Of a stretch of 64,000 nt of DNA, positions 56,271-64,000 are shown in pieces (positions within the stretch are counted from its first letter, which is position 1; each line of letters opens with the position of its first letter). The translations under genes were made by a program, and so were the position numbers. The DNA is taken from positions 16,056 to 80,055 of the forward strand of contig JAURXY010000003.1 of assembly GCA_030654225.1 (NCBI GenBank), given 5' to 3'. This stretch comes from a bacterium (GTDB lineage Bacteria > Patescibacteriota > Minisyncoccia > Moranbacterales > UBA2206). The notes under the pieces were generated by a model. It worked only from the letters and a program-made list of their open reading frames with translations, ran no database searches and had not been told where the DNA came from.

Positions 56271-57494
56271 ATGGCGAACAGCAATCTTACAAACGCAAAA
56301 AAAGCCAAGAATGATGAGTTCTATACTCAATTTGGAGATATTCAAAAAGAGATTGAGGCATATTTGGAATATGACAAAAATGTATTCCGAAATAAAGTAG
56401 TATATTGCAACTGCGATGATCCGTTTGAAAGCAATTTCTTTCGCTATTTCGTGCTTAATTTCAACAAACTTGGATTGAAACAGCTTATCACAACTAGTTA
56501 TAAACCCTCGCCAGTAGCCAACACGCAACTAGCGCTATTTGGCGATGATAAAACTCTCACAAAATTAAAAGGCCGTCCAAAAATAAATGCTAACAAATTT
56601 ATTATCAACGAAGTGCACGACATAGATGGTGATGGAGAATTTAATTTGAAGGATATCGCTCAACAACTAAAAGATAACAAAAACAATGAATGGGAGCCAC
56701 TCATCGGCGACGGTGATTTTCGTAGCGATGAATGCTTGGATTTACTTAAAGCGTCAGACATTGTAGTAACGAATCCGCCCTTTAGTTTGTTTCGCGAATA
56801 CGTTAATCAACTTTTTGAGCACAACAAAAAACTTGTCATTATTGGAAATATGAATGCGATTACATATAAGGAAATTTTCCCCCTGATTAAAGCAAATAGA
56901 TTGTGGCTTGGAGCAACTGGAAATGGAAGTGATATGGTTTTTGCCGTACCAAGCGGTATTGAGATTGCAGAGAGTGACAGACAAAAGGCAGCTCGACTAG
57001 GTTATGTAGGTGATTATACAAGACTTGGAAACTCTTGCTGGTTTACAAATCTTGATCATGGTAGGCGTCATAGACCACTACCACTAATGACGGGGGCAGA
57101 TATTATAAAGTTCAGTGCAAAAAAACCGTTTGAAAAATACGACAATTATAATGCAATAGAAATTTCTTTTGTTAAAAATATCCCTAGTGATTATGATGGA
57201 GTGATGGGTGTGCCGATTAGTTTTCTTGATAAATATAATCCCGACCAGTTTGAAATTTTAGGAGCTACTCAAAGAGGTTGTCATAATGAGGTTCCTGACA
57301 CAAAAAAATATGATGATTACTGGGAAGTAAGACAGAGTGGCAAGAAAACAGGATCTTCTGGTGGGAAAACAAATGAAAATGCTAATTTAGTTGGGAATGA
57401 TGGGAAGAAGAATTATTTTATAAATAACGAAGGCCGAATAATTCAATCCGCTTATCAAAGAATTTTTATTAAACATAAGAAAGTCAAAAAATAA
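56271..57494 (+). CDS. N6-adenine (or N4-cytosine) DNA methyltransferase, gamma-class motif order
   Basis: EFYTQ (motif X-like), ...CDDPFESNFF (motif I-like), VVTNPPFSLF (motif IV, NPPF). Confidence 0.75.
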   Translation: MANSNLTNAKKAKNDEFYTQFGDIQKEIEAYLEYDKNVFRNKVVYCNCDDPFESNFFRYFVLNFNKLGLKQLITTSYKPSPVANTQLALFGDDKTLTKLKGRPKINANKFIINEVHDIDGDGEFNLKDIAQQLKDNKNNEWEPLIGDGDFRSDECLDLLKASDIVVTNPPFSLFREYVNQLFEHNKKLVIIGNMNAITYKEIFPLIKANRLWLGATGNGSDMVFAVPSGIEIAESDRQKAARLGYVGDYTRLGNSCWFTNLDHGRRHRPLPLMTGADIIKFSAKKPFEKYDNYNAIEISFVKNIPSDYDGVMGVPISFLDKYNPDQFEILGATQRGCHNEVPDTKKYDDYWEVRQSGKKTGSSGGKTNENANLVGNDGKKNYFINNEGRIIQSAYQRIFIKHKKVKK

Positions 57495-57496
57495 CT

Positions 57497-58363
57497 ATGA
57501 AAGAATTTTTTAAGAGTAGTTTGTTTTGGTTGTTGCCGTTGATTCTTTTTTTAATGGCATTATACAGAGAATGGGAAAATGATAACAACCTTGGAAAAGA
57601 AATTAGAAAAATTTTTTGTAACAAAAAGTTTAAAGGAAAAAAGGTTTCGATAAGACAGCCAGATATATTTCTTTATTATATCCTTCAACGTTCTTTAAAT
57701 TATTTATTCAGGGGAATTGTCCTTAGGCATATTTTAAATTATTATCTAGTGTTCCCTCTTACAATAATTTTTTCACTATTTTTATATTATCGATATGAAG
57801 TTGACGATCAGAGTTTGATATTGTTTATAACATTCATGTCTATACTTTGGTATTCCAAAGAAACTTTTGATTCCAGGCAAGAACAAAAAAATGCAAATAG
57901 AATTGCGAAAAAAGCAAATGAAATTGCAATTGGAAGACCCGTTCTATCAATTATAAAAAATTATGGTGATACGATTGAACTTAGAAATGATGGAACTAAT
58001 ATAGCTTACAATATTTGGATTAAATTTTATTATAAGGAAAGAGAAAATATTAAAAATGACAAGATTAAATTTCCAATTTTAGGTAGGGGACTATTTTACC
58101 GGATTGACATTAACAACGGAGCGTTTAATATTCTGTTGAGCGAAAATTCAAAAAAATTAATTGATTTAATAGATGGAGAAAAGAAAAATGAAAATGATCA
58201 GCTGATTCCAGATGAAAATTTAGGAGTGATTATTGAATATAGCGATTCCTCAAGTAAAGAAGGGAGACAGTATTTTGATTATTGGAAAGTAGATAAGGAT
58301 ATCTTATTGAGTCATAATGAAGGAAGATTTAGATTAGAGAAAATGAATATTGTAAATAAATAA
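57497..58363 (+). CDS. Hypothetical membrane protein, translationally coupled to the MTase
   Basis: 288 aa with 3-4 predicted TM helices in the N-terminal half. No motif. The start lies 3 bp after the MTase stop. Confidence 0.45.
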   Translation: MKEFFKSSLFWLLPLILFLMALYREWENDNNLGKEIRKIFCNKKFKGKKVSIRQPDIFLYYILQRSLNYLFRGIVLRHILNYYLVFPLTIIFSLFLYYRYEVDDQSLILFITFMSILWYSKETFDSRQEQKNANRIAKKANEIAIGRPVLSIIKNYGDTIELRNDGTNIAYNIWIKFYYKERENIKNDKIKFPILGRGLFYRIDINNGAFNILLSENSKKLIDLIDGEKKNENDQLIPDENLGVIIEYSDSSSKEGRQYFDYWKVDKDILLSHNEGRFRLEKMNIVNK

Positions 58364-58575
58364 AACCATGCGAAGTAAGTCTGAGATCTTGAACTAATTT
58401 ATTTTATGAATAAACAAGACAAAAACAACCATCTCAAACGGTGAGACTAAGATCGAAGTGCATGTTGAGTGTGAGACGATGTGGCAACTGTTCGGAAATT
58501 CCGAACAACTTAGCATAAAAAGATTTCTTACATACTGCCTAATATTCTAAAAATTATAAACTAACTAAAAAAAAT

Positions 58576-59745
58576 ATGAAAACAATTTTAAAAACCGACA
58601 TTACTGTCAAAGATATTTGCGAAGGATTTGTTTATAACGAACTTGAGGGCAAAGGACTTTTTGGTTTGTCTGGCAAATTAACCATTCAACCGGAATATCA
58701 GCGTAATTATATTTATGCCTCCGATGGTGGGAAAAGAGAAATTGCTGTTATCGAATCAATACTTAAGGGTTATCCAATAGGTTTGATTTATTTTAATGTG
58801 GTTTCTGAAAGTGGTCTGGAAGTTTTGGACGGGCAACAGCGCATCACTAGTCTCGGACGATTTTTGACTGATAAATTTGCAATCAAAGATGAAAATGGCA
58901 TGGAACAATATTTTTCAGGTCTTGCAAAAGATAAACAATCCAAAATATTAAAGACAACACTAACTATTTATGAATGTAAAGGCGAAGAAAGTGAGATAAA
59001 AGAATGGTTTCGAACGATTAATATTGCCGGTGTTCCGCTTAATAATCAAGAACTTCTCAATGCAGTTTATTCTGGTCCGTTTGTTACGCTTGGCAAAGAA
59101 GAATTTTCAAACAGCCAAAACGCCAATATTCAAAAATGGAGCGCTTATGTATCGGGTAGCGCCAACCGACAAGAATTTTTGGAATGCGCATTGGACTGGG
59201 TTAGTAAATGCAATATCGGCGATTATATGAGCAGTCATCGCAATGATAAAAATATTACTGAATTAAAAACCTATTTTAACAGTGTGATTGATTGGGTATC
59301 TAATGTATTTACTGATATTGAGAGCGAGATGAAAGGTATTGAATGGGGACGATTGTATGAGCAGTATCACAAGAAAGCTTATGATCCTGTTAAAGTGTCG
59401 GCAGAAGTGAAAAAACTTTACGGTGATCCGTATATCAAAAATCGAAAAGGTATTTTTGAATATATTCTCGGTGGATCCGTCAACACAAAATTACTTGAGG
59501 TTAGAATTTTTGATGAAGCAATTAAAAAAGCAGTTTATGTAACACAAACTACTAAAGCAGAGAAAAAAGGCAAATCAAATTGCTCGCATTGTGCTATTGG
59601 ACACGATGCTAACAAAAGCAAGATTTGGAAGCTAGATGAAATGGACGCCGATCATGTGGCGGCATGGAGCAAGGGTGGTGCGACTTCAATAAAAAACTGT
59701 GAAATGTTGTGTAAGACGCATAATAGAGCAAAGGGGAATCGGTAA
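58576..59745 (+). CDS. GmrSD-like type IV restriction endonuclease (DUF262 ParB-like NTPase + C-terminal HNH/DUF1524 nuclease)
   Basis: DGQQRITSL (DUF262 hallmark) and a C-terminal H-N-H pattern: [51 protein letters not shown]. Confidence 0.8.
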   Translation: MKTILKTDITVKDICEGFVYNELEGKGLFGLSGKLTIQPEYQRNYIYASDGGKREIAVIESILKGYPIGLIYFNVVSESGLEVLDGQQRITSLGRFLTDKFAIKDENGMEQYFSGLAKDKQSKILKTTLTIYECKGEESEIKEWFRTINIAGVPLNNQELLNAVYSGPFVTLGKEEFSNSQNANIQKWSAYVSGSANRQEFLECALDWVSKCNIGDYMSSHRNDKNITELKTYFNSVIDWVSNVFTDIESEMKGIEWGRLYEQYHKKAYDPVKVSAEVKKLYGDPYIKNRKGIFEYILGGSVNTKLLEVRIFDEAIKKAVYVTQTTKAEKKGKSNCSHCAIGHDANKSKIWKLDEMDADHVAAWSKGGATSIKNCEMLCKTHNRAKGNR

Positions 59746-59776
59746 AAAACTAAAAGCGTAATTAATAAGCTTTGGA

Positions 59777-60286
59777 ATGAATAAAAATATGATAGATGAT
59801 AATCTAAAGCTAATAATAGAGAGTGTTTCTGATGAAAAGTTCAACGAAACTATATCTAAAGGAGCTTTAAAATTAAATGATAATCAAATTCAAACAGTGT
59901 CTTTTATTTTTTGGCTTTGTTATATGGCTGAAAATGATTTGAATGATGTGTTAAAACAGGCGTGGCAATTATCAACTGAAATAACGAATCCAGAAATTAG
60001 CGAGTCTGATCAAAAAATATTATTGAAAACATTTTCAAAAAAAGATAACTTTGACATTAATAATTTAGAATATTTTGCAGACAAAATAAAAATACACGAA
60101 GCAATGTGTGACGATAATCTTACAAAATTATTATGGAAATTAAATGAGCTAAGAAATGATATAAGTCATAATCGCATTAATAAGTTGGGATATAACGGCC
60201 AGAGCTTATTTTTAAGAGAAATAAAAGAAAAAATATTATTTGACTATTTTGAATTGTTTGAACATTATAAACCAATAAAATTATGA
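59777..60286 (+). CDS. HEPN-domain protein (Abi/Swt1-like, Rx4-6H)
   Basis: 169 aa all-alpha. LRNDISHNR matches the HEPN Rx4H motif near the C-terminal helix. Confidence 0.45.
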   Translation: MNKNMIDDNLKLIIESVSDEKFNETISKGALKLNDNQIQTVSFIFWLCYMAENDLNDVLKQAWQLSTEITNPEISESDQKILLKTFSKKDNFDINNLEYFADKIKIHEAMCDDNLTKLLWKLNELRNDISHNRINKLGYNGQSLFLREIKEKILFDYFELFEHYKPIKL

Positions 60287-60343
60287 TTTCACTGCTTCCT
60301 TCATATCTTTCGCTTCGATATGAAAGCGAAGTAAGAAAATAAC

Positions 60344-61201
60344 ATGAAAAATTATCGTCTTGCCATTGATGGTGATCGTTATGAGCAATACTATTGGAGT
60401 TTATTTATTCAAAACAATTTTCAAAGCTATGAGGATTTTTGGATAGAGAATATTGTTCTGCTAACCAATCGACCGCAAGATATTCATTTCAAAACTGATC
60501 AGGAATTAGCAAAAATTGGAAAAACAGACAACGATATTTGCATTGCTCAACTTCATTATTCAATTTTGAGGCATTTGGCTCGAGCGTTTGATATTTGGAA
60601 CAAGGACCGTGTTGATCTTGACGATTTGACTGACGGGATGACTCGATTGTGTGGTGCACTTGATGTCACGTTTGAATTATTGGAAAGATTTGAAAACCCT
60701 TCTAATTATGATTCTTGGCTTGCAAGAAAAAATAATGGCAATCTAGGTGGTGAAGATGCTCGAAAGAATTGGAAAGAAAAATATCCTGAAAATATAAAAT
60801 TAATTAGATATTATAGAAATCATCTTGTTCACGGGAGGATGACGCCTGGAATAATAGAACATATTTTTTATTTTCCAAAAATAAGTATGGAAGAGAAATA
60901 TTTTGATTGGAGAGAAATAACTTTCAAAAATGAAATGGAAAAAAATAAAAATAATTTTATGTCGGCAAAAGAAATTTTGGAATTGGCGTGGCATGAAGTG
61001 GTTGACTATCTTGATAACCAATGGAGAATTCACTTGTTAAAACAGGAAAATCCTGATAAGGATATAGACAAATCAAATCTTATTTCAAAGAAGACTGCTA
61101 GTGGCGTATGGTCTAAAGGCACAAAAGTTTTCAATACATCTGCAACGCAACTTAGTGGCTCAGTGTATGAAACAGGCAAGGACGAAAAAATAATTTTTTA
61201 A
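60344..61201 (+). CDS. Hypothetical protein, possible second HEPN-like protein
   Basis: 285 aa. YYRNHLVHGR contains an Rx4H pattern. No other motif. Confidence 0.35.
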   Translation: MKNYRLAIDGDRYEQYYWSLFIQNNFQSYEDFWIENIVLLTNRPQDIHFKTDQELAKIGKTDNDICIAQLHYSILRHLARAFDIWNKDRVDLDDLTDGMTRLCGALDVTFELLERFENPSNYDSWLARKNNGNLGGEDARKNWKEKYPENIKLIRYYRNHLVHGRMTPGIIEHIFYFPKISMEEKYFDWREITFKNEMEKNKNNFMSAKEILELAWHEVVDYLDNQWRIHLLKQENPDKDIDKSNLISKKTASGVWSKGTKVFNTSATQLSGSVYETGKDEKIIF

Positions 61202-61534
61202 TCGCTTTATTACATCTTTGGTTTGAGAGTGATTTGTTTTCGGGGTATAATAGAAAAAAGAGGTCAACTACATTTTTGAATAAATGGGGTCAGGTACCTT
61301 TTTCAGAAATAAATTTAAGAAATAATTTTTGTTAAGTAATATGTTAAGTAACACTTTTTTCAAAGGAATCTTAATAAAACTAAAAACTAAAGAAATAAAA
61401 ACGATCTATAGTCAAAAATTGGTGGACTTGGAGGAACTCAAAAAATCAGCACCTAGGAAGGTTTTTTCGGGGGAGCTATAAAACGCTTTATATCAAGCAC
61501 TATTTTGACAGTGTGCACAGGCAGTGTGCAGATA

Positions 61535-61564
61535 TTGACAACTATGCACAAAAAATGGTAAAAT
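61535..61564 (+). promoter_or_regulatory. Promoter-like TTGACA-N18-TGgTAAAAT with flanking TGTGCA(C/T)A repeats
   Basis: TTGACA at 61535-61540, extended -10 tggtaaaat at 61556-61564. Four TGTGCANA-type repeats lie between 61513 and 61575. Confidence 0.35.
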
Positions 61565-61602
61565 TTGTGCATAATAAAAAATATCTACACAATAAGACGA
61601 TA

Positions 61603-61636
61603 TTTCAGAAACAAAAAAAGACGGAAATTAATCCGT
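61603..61636. terminator. Bidirectional intrinsic terminator (serves rpmE on the minus strand)
   Basis: Stem agacgga/tccgtct with an A-run upstream and a T-run downstream. rpmE ends at 61660. Confidence 0.65.
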
Positions 61637-61659
61637 CTTTTTTGCTATAAAAAGCTATA

Positions 61660-61953
61660 TTATTTTTTCTTTTTAGAAAATACTTTCTTGATTTCGGCCT
61701 TGGTTTTGACAACTTTTTCTTTCTTTGGTTTTTTGGCTACTTTTTTGGCGGCGGCTTTTTCAGCTAATTTTTTGAAGCGATCAACTCGGCCCGTAGCGCC
61801 CATTTCTTTCTTTTTGCCAGTGTATAGCGGGTGGCAAGCTCCACAAATTTCAATTTTCATTTCTGGCACTGTTGAACCGGTTTCAATCACGCTACCGCAA
61901 GAACAGGTTATTTTTGCGTCAGAATAGTACTTAGGATGAATGTTTTTCTTCAT
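61660..61953 (-). CDS. rpmE: 50S ribosomal protein L31
   Basis: MKKNIHPKYYSDAKITCSCGSVIETGSTVPEMKIEICGACHPLYTGKK (C4 zinc motif), with a K/A-rich C-terminal tail. Confidence 0.9.
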   Translation of the reverse strand: MKKNIHPKYYSDAKITCSCGSVIETGSTVPEMKIEICGACHPLYTGKKKEMGATGRVDRFKKLAEKAAAKKVAKKPKKEKVVKTKAEIKKVFSKKKK

Positions 61954-62183
61954 AAGGTTAGGTAAGTTTTAGTTGTTTATACTAAGGTAATTTAGCATAG
62001 CCTTTGAGAATTGACAAGGGGCGCCGTGGATGATATATTAGATAAGTCGTTTTATTTCAAATAAGACGGCTAAAACACATACTTTCTCTGGATTCCGTCC
62101 TGATCCCCAAAAAGGGATTTTAGGAGTCCAGCTTTTTAGTAAGCCAAGAGAGAGTAGCGGGATAATTAATTAAGGAAAAAACA

Positions 62184-62999
62184 ATGGAAGAAAATAAGAA
62201 AGAATCGACCGTAATGGTTGATCAAAACGCTCCAGCTAAACAGCCGGTAGTTGATTGTTTCTCTGATTTAGATTTTTCTAAATTGGAAGTGACGCTCGAA
62301 GAAATGTTTAAGAACGGTGTTCATTTCGGACATCACAAATCAAGGAAGAGTCCAAAGATGAATAAATTTATCTTTGCAACCAAAGATAATATTAATATTT
62401 TGAATTTGGAAAAAACCAAAGAGAGACTTGAAGAGGCCATGAAATTTATTTCTAAGATAATTTCCGAAAATCAAGAAATACTTTTCGTTGGAACAAAAAA
62501 ACAAGCCAAAAAAATAGTAGAATCAGCTGCCAAGAAATGTGGTATGCCAAGCGTCACAGAAAGATGGTTGGGTGGAACTTTCACTAATTTTTCAGTAATT
62601 TCTGGTCGCACTAGATATCTTCGCGAAGGATCAGAAAAACAACAAAAAGGTGAGTTTGCTAAATACACCAAATTTGAACAAATGAAAAAAGCGGAAGAAC
62701 TGGAAAGATTGGAAAACAAGATGGGAGGAATAAGAGAAATGATGAAACTACCAGGGGCTATTTTTATCGCTTCAGTAATGGAAGATAACATTGCCTTGAA
62801 AGAAGCGAAGAACAAGGGCATTCCAGTTATCGCTTTGGTGGACACTAATATTGATCCAACGGATGTGGATTATCCAATTCCAGCTAATGAAGACGCCGTT
62901 TCATCTTTGAAATTGATGTTAGCTTATATCACAAAAGCAGTTTTGGATGGCAAGGAAAGAAAAGAAAAATCAATCATTGAAGAAAAAGTAATTAGTTAA
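62184..62999 (+). CDS. rpsB: 30S ribosomal protein S2
   Basis: GVHFGHHKSRKSPKMNKFIFATKDNINILNLEKT... and the conserved C-terminal flavodoxin-like region. N-terminal extension. Confidence 0.92.
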   Translation: MEENKKESTVMVDQNAPAKQPVVDCFSDLDFSKLEVTLEEMFKNGVHFGHHKSRKSPKMNKFIFATKDNINILNLEKTKERLEEAMKFISKIISENQEILFVGTKKQAKKIVESAAKKCGMPSVTERWLGGTFTNFSVISGRTRYLREGSEKQQKGEFAKYTKFEQMKKAEELERLENKMGGIREMMKLPGAIFIASVMEDNIALKEAKNKGIPVIALVDTNIDPTDVDYPIPANEDAVSSLKLMLAYITKAVLDGKERKEKSIIEEKVIS

Positions 63000-63008
63000 A
63001 AAAAGAGC

Positions 63009-63587
63009 ATGTTAGATAAAATAAAAAAATTAAGAGAACAAACGGGAGCAGGAATGGTTGACATCAAAAAGGCTTTGGAAGAAGCAAGTGGCGATGAGGC
63101 AAAAGCTATTGAAATACTTCGTAAGCGCGGAAAAGAAAAAGCCTTGAAAAAATCCGAACGAACTACCCAAGAAGGAGTTGTGGTAAGCTACATCCATTCA
63201 AATAAAAAAGTAGGCGCTATAATCAAACTTCTTTGTGAAACTGATTTCGTGGCTAAGAATGAAGAATTTGGAAAATTAGCACAGGACATTGCTATGCATA
63301 TCACAGCCATGAATCCAAAATACATAAAACCAGAAGATGTTCCTGCGGAAATTGTGGATAAGGAAAAAGAAATTTGGATCGAACAATTGAAAAATGAAGG
63401 CAAGAGCGAAAACTTGATGCCAAATATTTTGGCCGGAAAAGAAAAGAAATTCCGCGAGGAACTATCGCTTATGACACAACCATTTGTCAAAAATCCAGAT
63501 CAAACTATTGGTGATTTAGTGAAAGAAAAAATTGGAAAAATTGGAGAAAATATTCAGGTGGGAAAGTTTTATCGAATAGAACTATAA
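63009..63587 (+). CDS. tsf: Elongation factor Ts (short form)
   Basis: MLDKIKKLREQTGAGMVDIKKALEEASGDEAKAIEILRKRG is the UBA-like N-terminus and TS signature. 192 aa. Follows rpsB as in most bacteria. Confidence 0.9.
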   Translation: MLDKIKKLREQTGAGMVDIKKALEEASGDEAKAIEILRKRGKEKALKKSERTTQEGVVVSYIHSNKKVGAIIKLLCETDFVAKNEEFGKLAQDIAMHITAMNPKYIKPEDVPAEIVDKEKEIWIEQLKNEGKSENLMPNILAGKEKKFREELSLMTQPFVKNPDQTIGDLVKEKIGKIGENIQVGKFYRIEL

Positions 63588-63594
63588 AAACTAT

Positions 63595-64000
63595 ATGGCT
63601 AATGTTTTAGTTTCTATATATTCTTGGGAAAATCCTAAGATTTATAGAAGCAATATTGAACTGAAAAAAGATGACAAGGTTATTGTTCCAATGGAAAATG
63701 GGAATGAACTTGGAATAGTTTTGGAAATTGATGTTAAAACTAAGGATGATTTGAAAGAAGAAGTGGTGAGAAAAGCAACTAAAAGAGACGCGGAAACTTA
63801 TGAAAAATATGAAAAAGAAAAAGATACTTTGCTGGATAGATGTCGAAAAGAGATAAAAGAAAGTCAACTGCCAATGAAGGTAATTGATGTTAGAATAAGT
63901 TTGGATGGTAAGCAGGCTACTTTTGTTTTTACGGCTGATGGCCGAGTGGATTTTCGAGAATTAGTCAAGGTTCTTTCCAAGGATTTCAAAAAATCGATTA
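63595..64000 (+). CDS. PSP1/RicT (YaaT)-like domain protein, 5' portion (runs off the window)
   Basis: Translation MANVLVSIYSWENPKIYRSNIELKKDDKVIVPMENGNELGIVLEI...RVDFRELVKVLSKDFKKSI matches the PSP1 C-terminal domain pattern (GD.VIVe.erG.e.G.V ... DyRVDFRELVK.L...f...I). Not in the ORF track because there is no stop within the window. Confidence 0.55.
   Translation, partial: MANVLVSIYSWENPKIYRSNIELKKDDKVIVPMENGNELGIVLEIDVKTKDDLKEEVVRKATKRDAETYEKYEKEKDTLLDRCRKEIKESQLPMKVIDVRISLDGKQATFVFTADGRVDFRELVKVLSKDFKKSI

Noticed and set aside
61565-61927. 120-aa + strand ORF downstream of the 61535 promoter-like element
   Set aside because: It overlaps rpmE (L31, minus strand) almost completely. Its hydrophobic, low-complexity translation is an antisense artefact, and the upstream signals are better explained as a candidate sRNA or operator region.

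Overview
This AT-rich (~35% GC), gene-dense bacterial chromosomal window is almost entirely coding and mostly + strand. Short overlapping operon junctions, N-terminally extended ribosomal proteins, a truncated AlaRS, a bacterial Elp3, and absent respiratory redox genes suggest a reduced-genome (CPR/Patescibacteria-like) lineage; this is inference from the sequence only. Content in order: the atpD 3' end and atpC; a beta-carbonic-anhydrase-like gene; a 5-gene complex-I/group-4-hydrogenase-like membrane module whose Ni-Fe and Fe-S ligand cysteines are missing (Ehr-like); leuS; a UDP-GlcNAc cluster (NTP-transferase, glmM, glmS); rlmN; dxs; a NUDIX hydrolase; a Fic gene with a candidate small antitoxin; elp3; tRNA-Leu(CAA); parA/parB followed by a lemA-TPM-bPH-bPH cassette bracketed by a 90-bp direct repeat of the parB 3' end; rel; topA; dprA; a sigma-70 region-4 protein, a membrane protein and a VirD4/TraG-like zinc-ribbon ATPase; mnmA; alaS; tyrS; speH-like AdoMetDC; an ftsA/pilM-like actin-fold ATPase; the infA-rpmJ-rpsM-rpsK-rpsD-rpoA-rplQ-rplM-rpsI ribosomal block; a ~7-kb defense-like island (Fic, AbrB-like regulator, N6-adenine MTase, membrane protein, DUF262-HNH GmrSD-like type IV REase, two HEPN-like proteins); and rpmE, rpsB, tsf and a partial PSP1/RicT gene. 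Non-genic signals worth follow-up are a dispersed ATGCGAAT-CTACGAAT element in the ribosomal operon spacers and before other + strand genes, GC-rich palindromes inserted in-frame into glmS, rlmN and elp3, a GGGGGTA...GTGTTAAGTAA element preceding defense-island cassettes, and several long inverted repeats. No CRISPR array, rRNA or transposase was seen.
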